Made by a program: the position numbers and the translations under genes. Of a stretch of 64,000 nt of DNA, positions 24,231 to 39,299 are shown piece after piece (position 1 is the first letter of the stretch; the number at the start of each line of letters is the position of its first letter). The stretch comes from the human T2T-CHM13v2.0 reference genome, Homo sapiens. The stretch lies in the NCBI RefSeq assembly GCF_009914755.1, contig NC_060936.1. The stretch is one strand, 5' to 3'. Below the pieces are notes generated by a model, which saw nothing but the letters and a program-made list of their open reading frames with translations, was not told the DNA's origin and did not search any database.

Positions 24231-24822
24231 AAAGTAACTCTAAAATGACCAATCTGCTTTTTGTTCTTTGTTTCTTCTTTCTTCAGTCCTTCTCTGTCTA
24301 TTAAACCAGCCTCTTCTGCTCAGCTAATTGGGATACTTATTCTATTTTGTGGAATGAAGTGAGATTCTAGAATCTCAATAAAGCCAGTTGGGATCTTTAA
24401 ATTTGTTGTAATTTTGTCTTTTGACATTGCTATTAGATTATATCTCCTTTATCTAACTATACATCTACACAACTGTCCACTCTTCATCAAATCGATGAAT
24501 ATATATATATTATTTTCTTTGGGTCTTCATGTTACATAAAACATATTAAATAAATGTGTATGCTTTTTCTGAAAGCTCTCATGTCACATAGAACTTACAT
24601 TAAATAAATGTTTATGCTTTTCACTTATTAACGTATCTTTTATTATAGGCACCTCAACCATGAATCTAGCAATGGGTGAGAAATCTTTCCTTTCCTACAT
24701 ATACAAGAGGTATACAAGTTATTATAATTCTGCTTTTCTCGTGTTAATTTGTCTTTTGGTAAGAGGGGATCCCAGCTAAGAACTATGGAGGGTAGAGATA
24801 AAATTATCTTTTCTCCCCTACA
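24231..24822 (+). mobile_element. Stack of ERV1 LTR 3' ends (LTR37-like, then two MER34-like)
   Basis: Three successive LTR termini: ...gtcttttgaca (about 24426), ...tttcctaca (about 24699) and ...ctcccctaca (about 24821). AATAAA motifs precede the first two. Confidence 0.55.
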
Positions 24823-25434
24823 TAGTCAAAATCCTAATTAATTTAGAAGGAAAGGGCAATGGAGAAGCCCCACTTCATTCCTAGACCCAAATAACATCTA
24901 TGAACCTACTCTGGGTATTGAAGAGTTAGGGAAAAAACAGGAAATTGCATTTCCTTTCACAGTTGTGTGGGAGCAGAGCAAAGTATGATAGAAAGCCACA
25001 GGAAATTGGTGGGCTAGAGCACAGGAAAAAGTAGACAATAGTTCAACTTTTTTAAAGGTCCTATAGTGGAGAGAAAAGAGAAGAAACTCAGCTTGGGCTC
25101 AAACAGTGCCCTTAAGGACTTAAGTTAGTGAAAGGCCAGCGTCCTGCTAAGCCTTACCCACTTATCCTCAGCTGCTGAACTCCACCTACTCTTCCTCTTT
25201 TCCAGTGAAACCTGGCTTACATTCTTCAACATTTTAGCTGAACAAATCTATTTTTATTCCTTTTTACTTGATACCCTCAATTTCCTAAACTACTATTATT
25301 CTAATCACTGTGATATTCAGCAATATTCTGGAATTATAGCAAATTTTCCACAAATACAGAATTCGATATATTTATTATGATTTATTTCTGTTTTACATGT
25401 TTTATGTCAGCCTACAGCGTGAATAGGTTCTGTA

Positions 25435-25646
25435 AACAGAGGACTCGGGGGCTCAGGAGGACTTACCAGTTCCACCCCAGAAGAAGCTTAAATTCAGGAA
25501 GGCTTCAATGGGCCCAACCTGGTATCTTAGTGCCAGGTTCAGGCAACTCCTTTGGGGGGTCTTGAGTTTTCTCTGAGCCCCATATTGGGGGGCCAGAAAT
25601 CAACAACAGAAAAAACAAATTCTGCCAAAATATTTAGAGGTTTGTT
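25435..25646 (-). repeat. Second copy of the provirus leader/PBS/U5 junction (cf. about 23520-23735)
   Basis: Shares caggttcagg.aactcctttggggg..tcttgagtttt.tctgagccccatattggg...acaacagaaaaa.caaattctgccaaaatattt. Confidence 0.85.
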
Positions 25647-26890
25647 AATAAATAGCCTTGCTTGGCTCTCCAGTGAGTCTTTTTGTTCTGTACATTTTTT
25701 ATTTAGTCACCTCCAGAATAAAAACAACAAAAACCAAACTCTATTCTGAGAACACCCAGCAAGTGATGGCCTTCAGGACATGCCATAGCTAAGGCCATGT
25801 TTAGATCTAAATCAAAGAGGAGTCTAAGATCTGGTAAGAACCAACAAGTGTGCTGTCCTTTTAGTGTTAAAACTGGGAACTCACCATTCTTTGACTGGTT
25901 GTATTACAAGAAAACAAGGTGAAATTGGCTTGTATGGTTGTCAGACTCCTTGCAACACTTGGGATATGAGTTTCTAACAGGCTATTTTGGAGAACAGAAC
26001 TCTGAGATGATTTTTATATCCTTCACACTTTCTGGTCTATTTTCATCTCTGTGGCTTCTCCTTAAACAATTATAAGTGCCTGTTGGGGTAGACCCAGCTA
26101 GTAAAAAGAATGTAAGATTTTGAAAGTTTTCACTTGCCAGTCAATTTCTTTTCTGGGTTCAGTGTTTACTGACACAGACACTAAAGAAATTTTTTTTTAA
26201 AGAAACTAACTGGTGTCATCTTGTCTTCACATAGACTTCTACAGCTATAGCTGAGTTTCCGTGATTTTGCTTTTTATTTTTTGCTCATTCATACATGCAT
26301 AGGCAGAGTTCAGCTTTTATGCTGGTAAGAGGAATTAAACTTACATGTTTACTGAAAATTAAACTTTAAGAGAATAACAAAAGCTCTTGAAAAAAATTGA
26401 ATATAACAGATGAAACAGTTTCATATTTATATTTCAACATAAGACTTTTAGTTATTGTCAGAAAGTAATGGGAATCCTTCCCATTGTTCACTTATTTAGC
26501 CTTATATAATATTCATTTAACTAAGCCCAATATCCAATATCCAGAGATTTACATTTTATTTTTAAGGGAAGACAGTATCATAGTGAGATTATTATACTGC
26601 AGAATAATAGCTTTTATACACATGCACATGCACACACACACACACACACAAGCTTTTTATTTATGTATAAGGTGACCATCTAATTTATAATCTTAATAGG
26701 AAAGTACTATTAAATTTTCTATTACATTTTGAATCAGTAAGTTACAGTTTTCAAGTAATTTGTCCATTTCATCTAAATTATAAATATGCTGGTGAAAAGT
26801 CATTTGTAATATTTCTTTACTCATTTTTGATATCAGACCTGCAGTGAATACCATTCTTTAATTCTTGATATTGGTAATTCATGTTCTCTC

Positions 26891-29068
<2,178 letters not shown>

Positions 29069-29524
29069 TTCTCTCTTTTTTTCTTGACCATTTTAGTTAG
29101 TGGTTTATCAATCTTGTTGATCATTCAAAATACCAATTTTTGAGTCCATAATTTTTTCTATGTCTTGTCAAGTTTCCATTTTATTTATTTTCACTGTTAA
29201 CATTACTGTTATCTTTCTACTATCGTTGAGTTTAATTTACTCTCTTTGACCAGATTCTTAAGTAAAAGTTTGATAATTGATTTGAAAACTTTCTTCTTTT
29301 CTAGTGAACGTCTTTAAAATTACAAATTTTCTTCTAGGCATTGCTTTAATTTGGTTCATACAAATTCTGATATTATGTATTTTCTTTACCATTTCATTAA
29401 AAAGTTCTCTGATTCTTCTTGTAATTTTCCAAGTGGTTTATTTGGAAATATACTGTTTGATTTCCAAATGTTTAGCGCTTTTCTGGATATTGTTATTAAT
29501 TTCTAGTACAATTATATATCAAAA

Positions 29525-30102
29525 TGTAGGAATTTAATAAATTCCTCTTCAAAGGTTTTGGCCTGTAAATTGTTAAGTACAATGAGTTCTGAGATCCTCT
29601 CCAAAGAACCAATGTATCAGTATGTTCAGCTTCCCTGTTCTTTGTTCTTCATTTTAAAGTTTAACTTCCTCATTCTCTTTGTCTCCTTGCCCCTAGTTTC
29701 AGTAAACAACCCCCTCCTAGCCTCTATCACCTGCTCCATCCTGAATCAACCCTTGTCACCTGCTCTGACCTGAGTCATCTTTAGTCACCTGTTCCTAACC
29801 ATCCTTCCTGCCAAACTACTCACTCTGCCACCCTGACTGGTACCCGTGCTCTCATTAAAATAGCCAATCGGAATTAGCTTAGACAGTGCGGTCCAACCCT
29901 AGCCAATAGGGGAATGACACAGCAGTATGAGCTACCTGCGGCAGGAATAAAAACCCTTTCCCCTCTCTTGTTCAGGTGTGCTCTCGCCATTGCTCCATCC
30001 ACGAGTCATACCCTTCTATAGAAGTAAAATTGCCTTGCTGAGAAAATTAAATTTATATTCAAGTGCTATTTCTTTTGCGGCACGGAAAATTTGCTTCTAA
30101 CA
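29525..30102 (+). mobile_element. 5' LTR of a HERV-I/HERVIP10 provirus (LTR10A-like)
   Basis: tgtaggaatttaataaattcctcttcaaagg...ttctaaca. Contains CCAAT boxes and TGAGTCA at 29771-29777. Followed by the Ile PBS. Confidence 0.9.
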
Positions 30103-31590
30103 ATTTGGTGGCCTGTATGGGGAAGCCATTCTCCTCCAGGGGCAGTCTCCGGTCCTCTCTCGTGAGGAGGTGCACCCCACGGCCTCGTTGCGGTGGGCTC
30201 AGGGGTAAGGAATCAAGACCCACTTGGTGTGATGAATAAACCTGGACTCTCAGCACCATGGAAAGAAACCAGCTGGCGACCTCGGGAAAGGATCCTTACA
30301 TACAGCGGCGACTAGGAAACTCTGTGCACAGACCAAGGTAAGAAACGTCACAAAAGTGGCAAAGTATTTCCCTAGTGGTTGGGACCAAGGTAGGAAAAGC
30401 CGCAGGGGCAGTGAAGTATTCCTTGGTTGGGACATACCAAGGCACGAAAAGCCACAGGGGTGGTGAAGTATTCCTTGGTCGGGGTATCTTGGGGGTTAAA
30501 AAGAGGTAAGGAATCGAGTCTTACCCAAAAGGTGAGAAATTTCCAGCAGGGGAAATTGAGCCTCACCCCAAAGGCAAGAAATTTCCAGTAGGGGAAACTG
30601 AGCCTCACCCCAAAAATGGGAAATACCCCAAGTAAGGTAAGAGATAAAAAGGATAAAGCTAGCAACAATATTCCCCCTAATAATCCCCTAGGCCTAACTT
30701 TAAAATATTAGAATGATAAAACCAAAAACAAGAAAAAGCAGCTGCTGTCCCAGGCTCTTCTCCTTTCCCTATTGTCCCCCCCTCCTTATAACCCTGCCTT
30801 TTGGGAATCGTCCCAAGAGCCCACTATCAGCCTACCCTTCCCTAAAAGGACTTCAGCGTGAGATAGAGCAATGTAAAAAGGATCTTCAGAACTTCCCTTT
30901 CTCCTCTTCTCAGGGGAAGAAAGGCATGATCCGTGGAGCTGCTATGGGAGCCTAGGAATGTGAACACCCTCCTGGCCAAAACATTCCTACAGCATATCAA
31001 AAATTTCCCACCCAAGATCCCCAGTGGGACAATAACAACACAGCCTACCAAGAAAATATGCAGGACCTTAGGGAATTGATAATAAAGGAGATTAAAGAAT
31101 CAGTACCCCAAACCCAGAATCTTACCCAAATATTTGATATACAGCAAGGGAAAGATGAAGGGCCTATAGAATTTTTAGACAGATTAAAGGAACAAATGAG
31201 AAAATATACTGGTCTTGGTTTTGAGGATCCTCTTGGGCAAGGAATGTTAAAACTTCATTTTGTCACTAAAAGTTGGCCAGATATTAACAAGAAATTACAA
31301 AAGATAGAGAATTAGAAAGATAAACCTATAGAAGACCTTCTAAGAGAAGCCCCAAAAGTATATGTAAGAAGAGATGAAGAAAAACAAAAGCAGAAGGCAA
31401 AAATTCTGCTGTCTACCATATAACAAACTACCCAGGGGGCCAGAACCTATAAAGAACCTAGACCCCCACTCTCCAAGCAATATAAAGGGTAAAAAGAGTA
31501 AAGCCAGGAGACTCAAAGGTAGAGAGAAAAAAAACCTTACAGGAGAGAGAATGACAGAGGGGACAGAGGAAGTCAAAGAGAGAGAGTCAA

Positions 31591-31626
<36 letters not shown>

Positions 31627-33145
31627 CCAAAGAGAGAGAGAGAAAGAGAGAAACAGAGAGAGACAAAGAGAGAGGGAGAGGCAAAGGGAGAGAAAGAGGA
31701 CAAAACAAATGTTTCCAATTAAAAATAGGTCATCTCAAAAGAGAATGTCCCAAATAGGAAAAAGAACAAAAGTCATATATAAAAGCAAATCAGCTAATAT
31801 TAAATTTCTGTTAATTCTGGAAGCAGGGACAAATCTATTAGGAAGAAATTTAATGCTAGAACTAGGCTTAGGCCTCCAAATCAATCATGGAAAATTCCAC
31901 CTCTCCCTATTGCTCACCACTGCAGATGAAGAACACATTCATCCCAAGATATGGCCAAAAGACAGGAATTGAGGAAAGTTACAGATTCCTCCAGTTTATG
32001 TTTACTTAAAAACCCCTGGGGGAATAGTAAAGAGAAAGCAATGTACCCTATTCCTTTAAAAGCCAGGGTAAATTTAAAACCTATAATTGATAATTGAATG
32101 TCTTCTCCGTGTGGGCTTCTTAACCCTGTATGTCTCCCTATAACACTCCAATACTGCCTGTAAAGAAGCCAGATGGGTCATACCACTTAGTGCAAGACCT
32201 TAGAGCTATTAATCAAATAGTCCAAACTACCCACCTTGTTGTTCCCAATCCTTATACTATTATCGGTAGGATCCCCAGTCACCACTGGTTTACAGTAGTA
32301 GATTTAAAAGATGCCTTCTGGACTTGGTTGTTGGCAGAGGACAGCCAGGATCTATTTGCCTTTGAGTGAGAAGATCCTCACTCTGGTCGAAAATAGCAAG
32401 ACCAATAGACAGTCTTACCCCAAGGGTTTACAGAATCTCCAAATTTATTTAGTCAAATATTAGAACAAGTCATTTAATTGCAAAGGTAAACAGAGAATTG
32501 AGCTTAAGAGATTGAAGGTATCATATCCTTGCCTCTGCCGGAGACAAACAAGAACTTCGAAAATTTTAGGATTGGTCGGGTACTGTTGTCTATGGATAGA
32601 CTCTTATATCCTAAAAACAAAACCCTTATATAAAAAAAGCTCACGCAAGACGAGCCAAACCCCCTCATTTGGCAATTACCAGAAAGCCAATAGGTGGAAA
32701 GATTAAAACATCTGTTAGTAACTGCCCGTGTCCTAGCTTTACCCTCCTTAAGCAGCCATTCTATTTTTTGGTCAGTGTAAACAAGGGCATAGCCTTAGAT
32801 GTACATGCCCAAAAGCACGGAGGCCACTGACAACCCATAGCCTTCCTATAAAAATCCTTCATCCAGTAACCCACAGATTTGCCCAAATGCATTCAATCTG
32901 TAGTGAATTTGCTAACAGAAGAAAGTAGAAAAATAACTTTTAGAGGAAACCTCATTGTGAGCACACCTCACCAGGTCAGAACTATCCTAAGTCAAAAAAG
33001 CAAAAAGGTAGCTTACTGACTCAAGAATCTCAAAGTATGAGGCTATTCTGTTATGAAAAGATGATATAACATTAACAACTGATAATTCACTTAACCCGGC
33101 AGGTTTCCTAATAGCAGATCTAAATCTAAAGAGAGAGCACACATG
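30103..33145 (+). mobile_element. HERVIP10(FH)-like internal region, deleted gag-pro-pol, 3'-truncated
   Basis: Gag MHR-like IQQGKDEGPIEFLDRLKEQMRKY, a GA-rich tract at about 31575-31700, knuckle-like NKCFQLKIGHLKREC, and RT SPYNTPILPVKKPDGSY.LVQDLRAIN...VVDLKDAFW and LPQGFTESP. No YxDD, integrase, env or 3' LTR seen. Confidence 0.9.
30106..30123 (+). promoter_or_regulatory. Primer-binding site, tRNA-Ile
   Basis: TGGTGGCCTGTATGGGGA versus TGGTGGCCCGTACGGGGA, differing by two CpG-type transitions. Confidence 0.9.
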
Positions 33146-33472
33146 AAGATGTATGGTTATCCTTTCATGCTCCTATAAAGTAATCTAGAATGAATGGAGT
33201 CAGGAGTCATGGATTCTAATATGGACTCATAAGTAAGCTATATCCTTAAAACCTGAATCAGAAAGAAATTTTGTAAGAGATATATACTCTAGAGCATAAG
33301 GAATTTCTTTTTTCTAAAACTTATTTAGAAATGTTGGCTTTCCCTGCACTTCAAGGTGCCTGTGTAGAGCTATGAAGGCATCCAGAAAGGAACATTCAAT
33401 GAGATGGATCAACAAGGTTGTGAAATGAAAAAAAAAAATAATCTCCTTAGCTCAGACTTAAGCCCTGACCAG

Positions 33473-34596
33473 CACAGGGGAGAAAGAAGTAAGTTTCCCT
33501 CTACTCTTCATATTTCTTAATTGGGACAGATCCTTATAACCAAAGACAAATTAACAAGAGGAAAAAAAGTTTATTATCTTATATATCTCATGTATACACG
33601 GGAGATAAAGAAATGAGAAAATCTCAAAAAGGTGGCTTTGAATTCAGCCTTAAATACCATCTTTAGCTGAAAGAAAGGTGTTTATGGTACTAGTTATGGG
33701 GAGGTGACCAGGAAAAGCAGAGTAAACCAATGTAAGTTTTGTTAGTGTTAGATATGAGTTCTAAATTTCTCTTCAAGGAATCAATATGTCAGTATGTTCA
33801 ATTATTTGTCTTCTACTTTTAAACTTAACTTCCTCATAAAGCAACCTTTTTCGATGACCTGCTCCACCCTAACTCATTCCCATTACCAGTTCCACCCCGA
33901 CTCATTCCAATTCCCTGCTCCACTCTGACTCATTCCGATTACCTGCTCCACTCTGACTCATTCTGATTGCCTACTCCACCCTGACTCATTCCAATTACCT
34001 GCTCATTCTCCGCCCAGACTCATTCTGATTTCCTGCTCTGCCATAACCATTTTTCCCGCCAAACAACTTACCCAGTCACTCTCTTTAAATTAGCCAGTCG
34101 GAATTAGTTTAGCCTCTGCGGTCTAACCCTAGCCAATAGAGGAACAACACAGCAGCAGGGGCCATGTGTGTCAGGGATAAGAACCCCTTCCCCTCCCTTG
34201 TCCAAGTGTGCGCTCACCATTGCTCCATCTGTAAGGGCGCACCCTTCTATAGAAGCACATTGCCTTGCTGAGAATTAAAAAGAAAATTTTATATTTGAGT
34301 GCATTTCTTTTGTGGCACTGAAACTTTATTTATTACATTGGGCAGATTTAAGTCAGTGCCTTCTTCATAGGTAAGAATGTCTAGTGATTTAGAGCCATCT
34401 TTCTCTTGCTAGTGCAAAGAGGAAACTCCCTTACAAATGGAGATTTCCCTTATAGATGTAAATTTCTCTTACAAATGGTAACTTCTGCTCTGTTTTTAAG
34501 CTTCTCCTGTGTCTATAGTTTCTCCAAAGAATTAACTCAAAATAATTCTTAAGCCAAAGAAGCATATTTTGGGGTGGCATATTCTGGTCTCCAACA
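33473..34596 (-). mobile_element. ERV1 LTR (MER34A-like) split by LTR10F
   Basis: Minus strand starts TGTTGGAGACCAGAATATGCCACCCCAAAATATGCTTCTTTGGC. Confidence 0.75.
33746..34337 (+). mobile_element. Solo LTR10F
   Basis: Starts tgttagatatgagttctaaatttctcttcaa and ends tattaca. Flanks ttag/ttgg. Internal 28-bp tandem repeat carrying TGACTCA. Confidence 0.9.
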
Positions 34597-34898
34597 CTAA
34601 GACCCACTTTCTGATAATAATAAGAGATAATTTCTTATTAAACATACTTTAGGTCAATGTTTAGAGGTCTTTTGAGAGCCATGGAAAGGATACACATATT
34701 AAAGTTTCTGAGAAGGCTTAACTTTAAGTAACCTATTTTACTTTATTTTTTAAAAGCTGCTTTTGAGTATGATTAGTCTTCTTGACATCAATTCCTTAAG
34801 ATAAAGGAGCTTCCCAAATGGTGTAGTTTCCCCAATAATCAGGAGTGGCTCAGATATCAATCAAGATCAAGACATTTTTTAAAAAACATTTTCATTCA

Positions 34899-35802
34899 CG
34901 TAGGGGGTTCTAGAAATCTGCGGGCTGGGCTGATCAAGAAAAAACATGTGACCACGAGGTGGCAGTAGCACACACATCTTTACTGAGCAGCACTTCACTT
35001 TGACGGATTTACATGGTGAGGAAGTCCCTCACAGCAGGAGTCTATCTGGAGGCTACAGCTTGATTACTACTCACAAAGGGAGGAGAGCAAGGGAACTCTA
35101 GAGGAAGAGGGAAATTAAATAGGTGGTTATGTGTCTAGGCAATGTCAGCAGCACAACAGGGACTCTCCAAATACAGAGTTCCAAAGGGACTGTAGCTTAC
35201 GGTCTTTATGGCTCCAGGCTTATCTTACAATTTGCTAGCAGACATTGGGCACAGTTTCACAGAATATTCGAAACAGGCAGGCTCTAAATGGCTAAAAATG
35301 TGCTATTTGGTGTTTGTTTCAAACAGTTGGATGTGTAAATATTAGAATTTGCTCTGCTGCTCAGCCTGCACTAAAGAAATATTAAATAGCCAAGTGATCA
35401 ATATACAGAAGCTATCTGTCTTAGTCTATTTGTGCTGCTATAACAAAATACTACAGACTGGGTGATTTATAATGAACAGAAATGTATTTGCCTCATTATT
35501 CTGGAGGCTGGGAAGTTCACGATTGAGGGTCCACATATAGTGAGAGCCTCGTTGCTGTGTCATAACATGGTGAGAGAGAGAGAGAGAAAGAAGGAAGCCA
35601 AACTCATCCTTTTATTAGGAACACACCCCCTTGATAACCAACCAAATAACAGCATTAATCCACTCATGAGGGCAAAGCCTTCATAACCTAATCACCTCTT
35701 AAAGGTGCCACCTCTAAAAACTGTTGCACTAGGGATTAAGTTTCCAGCACATGAAATTGGAGGACACATTCAAACTATAGCATTATCTTTGGCTCATTTA
35801 CA
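34899..35802 (-). mobile_element. ERVL-type LTR (LTR53/MER88-like) split by a MaLR LTR
   Basis: Minus strand starts TGTAAATGAGCCAAAGATA and resumes as GCTTCTGTATATTG after the MaLR insert. Confidence 0.5.
35417..35782 (-). mobile_element. MaLR LTR (MLT1A/MSTD-like)
   Basis: tgtcttagtctatttgtgctgctataacaaaatactacagactgggt...cattcaaactatagca. Flanks ctatc/ttatc. Confidence 0.9.
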
Positions 35803-36877
35803 TCACAAGTCATATCACACTAATAGCCATTAGAAGTAGTTCTAATCTATTTGTCCTAAACTTATTTCTCCTTCATTTTAAGGTGTCCTGCAAATATACT
35901 AGTTCAGATATAACAAGATTTGATGAATCAATCATTAAAAATGGAATGAACAGAGGCTCTGAAGTCAGATCTGGGGTGTGAGTCTAGGAAATTGCTTACC
36001 ATTTCTTAGTCCCAATGTCTTCCTCTGTGAAATGACAATAATAGTGTCTTGGCTTATGAAGCTGTTGTGAATATTAAATTTGATTATATAAGCAACTAGC
36101 TTAGCATTAGTGCTTAATATATTTTCATTTCCTTTTTCTGTTATCATTATTTTGGCTTTATTTATATTTCCTAGTCTTTCTTGGTTCCTCTCAACTCTCT
36201 TCACTAAAGACCCTAATATTTGAAGTCAGTCTTCATTGAACAACCCCTTCAGGCACACTGTCTTGAATCAAAGAGATAATTGTAATTGTCACTTTTCTTG
36301 ACCCTATCCAACAATATCATAAGTTTCTTGAATTGCAGAAATCAAGGTTGCCCAAGGAGTTTCTAGTAGTAGCCACTAAACCTAACCTCAACTCCTTGTA
36401 CTTGCCATTATTTCATTATTTGAAAGGAGATTTGCACATGTTTATGTGTACTTTCCAGTAAAGGTTCTGATCAGGGTTACAGTTTTGTTGCCCTTCTTAG
36501 CTATAGCAGAATATTCAGCTGAGAACAGTTTCTCATGATTCAGAATCCTGCTCTGGGTAATAACTGAGGGCTTAAGACATTTCATCTTTGAATATAACCA
36601 CAGTTGTTTTCCCCTAAATGTCCTTCCTTTCCTTCCCCCACTGGCACACATCTAACACTTTTCACTCTTTGGGATATTCCTGTCACTTGGATATTCCTTT
36701 TTCAAAAAGAGATTGGTACCCTCTGTATCCATGGAAATTACATTACATCACTCTCTGAAATAAAACTAGTGTCAAAGGAACTTGATAACGTTGCTTAAAT
36801 TCATCTGGTCAGTTGATTGATCCGGTTTGTTCTCTTTAAGTCATCCTATCTACGACTAAATAAAATGGCCCCTAATC

Positions 36878-37060
36878 CATTCATTTATTCAAAAATATTT
36901 GGAGTGCCTGCTGTGTGCTAGCTACTGTTCTAGGCACTGGGAATATTGAAGTGAATGAGGTAGAAGTCTTGATCTCATGGACTTTAGTTTCTAGTGATGA
37001 GAGACTGACAGTAGACAAGTCAACATAAAACTAAACAAGATGGTTTCAACCAAGGATAAA
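36878..37060 (-). mobile_element. L2 3' end
   Basis: cattcatttattcaaaaatatttggagtgcctgctgtgtgctagctactgttctaggcactggg. Confidence 0.75.
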
Positions 37061-39299
37061 TGCCTGAACTGTTGTGTATCTGACAAGGAAGGAAAGAATC
37101 AGAGAGGAAACAAAAAGTTTAGAAAATTGCAGGGACTCTACGCCTTTCCCAGAGAAAGTCAAAGTGGGATGTCAGAGGTTATAGGACCCTAGACAGATCT
37201 GAAGACTTAGGAAAATAAGATCCATGTCCCTTTCCTGAATAGGGCACAGAAAAGAGGGAAGACTACAGAATTTCCCCCAGGCCCTGCATGTTTCAAGAAC
37301 AAAAGAAATGTCCATTTCTGATGTCCATGTAGATGGTCTGAGACACCACAAAAATGCAGAGGTGCAGAGAGGGCATTAATATGCCATAGGTCATTGGCAG
37401 GCCAAAGAAGCCTTGAAATTGGAGCATGGAGCTTGACCTTGGGAGATGCTTTTTTATTCTACTTTGGAATCTTACTTTAAACCCCAGATGGTGTGATATA
37501 GGAAACAACTCCACCATTACAAAAAAATTTACTCCTACATTGTGCATAGTGCTAAAGTAGAATGGAAAACAGAAAAAAAATACTGAAGGATTAAAAGCAA
37601 CCCTGTGGAAAATTAGAAACAACAGTTGCCCAATTAAACTTCAACTCATGTAGAAGTGCTTGTGAAGTTGACCTTCATAAAGATAGCTGCCTGTACACGT
37701 TCCATGATTTTTACAAAGGAAAAGGCGTTTTTTTCCAGTCCCCTTTAGAAGCGCACAAAGCTTTAAATGTACAAACATTTTAAACCACCCACATACACTC
37801 CTACCTAGATAATTAATTCTTAAATCCATTAGATTAACTCAACCATGGCCAAGGGTGAATAATTGCTTGTGATTTTACAGATAAACTGAGTTTCTTTGGT
37901 GCTGAAGCTAAAATACCATTATTGGAGCAAGGACCCTGGCAGAGGACTGAAAGAGGACAGTGCCTGCACACTGGGAGCTCTGAGTCACTTTCCATACTCT
38001 TCCTTTCTTTCTTCTCTCTTGATTCTCTAGTCTTGAAGTCCAGTGAAATAGTATTGCTAAAGTCAAAAATCCTCAGAAAAGCCAACAATATTTACAAGTT
38101 TGCAGAGTTAATATGTGTGAGTTTTGTTTGTTTGCAGAAGAAAAAAGATTAAAACATAATAAAAGAAAACAAAAAACCAAACAAATATCCACTCCTGAAG
38201 AAATAGGAAATGAATATGATGAGTGGGCAGAACCAAGTCATGGTATCATAAAAATAAAATTTGTTGTATCCTGTAGAAAAGAAAAAGTAAACAATTGGAG
38301 AGGACAATGACACTATTGTATGTGAGAAAATACTTAAGTATATATCTTTTTATTCACTATCCTTCATAATCAAGAAGGGCTTTTGAAACACATTTAGTTT
38401 TTTTTCTACCTTTGAGCTTATTATTTTTATGGCTAATGATGACTTTTCTAACATTTACAATTTTGTTACACATATTTTGAAGTTGAAAACTCTGGAAATA
38501 AAGAAATTAATTTTTAAATATGCTTTTTCAAAAAAGACTCCAACGCATGGTTTAACAACCTTGAAAGACAAGTATGACAGGCTTATAAATATGGAAGAAC
38601 ACCAGTCTTCTATTAGAGATAGCAATAGATTGTGTCATTGTAAAGATAGACACCTGCCTACAAGCTCCGACCCTGGAAGAATTCATTTTCAACCACTGAA
38701 AGCAGAGAATTCAACTAGTGAATGTTCGAATCAGCATATGAGAAACATAAATGGAATTTAGTTATGATTTCAGGCCCTTTGCCTCTAGGTGCTTGAAGTA
38801 CGTACTATGTTCAGGTTTCTACCAATTCTGTGACTTGGCAAAGTCTATCCATTCTTCATAGATTTTACTAGCTCTCCAGAGACTTGACTCATGGTTTCTT
38901 CTGCCTCCTAGTCCTGGTAGACTGTGTTGCTTCAGATGCCAAATAGAACTCTTCACTCTTCTCTGGGTTAAAACCATTCCTAGCACACATATTGCAATGA
39001 CAAGATGCATATATGGGAATCATTAAAAGATCAACATTATTATGGAATATTTAGCTTTCAATTTTCTCTTTCTGTCCTTTTCTCACTTTACCTCCTTCTC
39101 TCTTTCAGGAATAAAGTGAATCCCTCTCTATGCCTCATGTAGAACAACTAAACAACTATTTTTATTGCTTAAGAATCCTTTAGGGTCTCGTTCTGCACAG
39201 CAATGACTTATTAAAGTATGCCTTCCATACAAGCAATTTGTTCCCCAAAAGAGAACCTCTGGGAGTTAAATTTTCTATCTTACTATATAAATATGCTTT

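Noticed and set aside
31340-31757. Arg/Glu-rich and Leu/Ser-rich ORFs
   Set aside because: Products of the (GA)n tract within decayed HERV-I gag.
38429-38761. 110-aa ORF in the repeat-poor island
   Set aside because: No recognisable homology or splice context. The length is compatible with chance.
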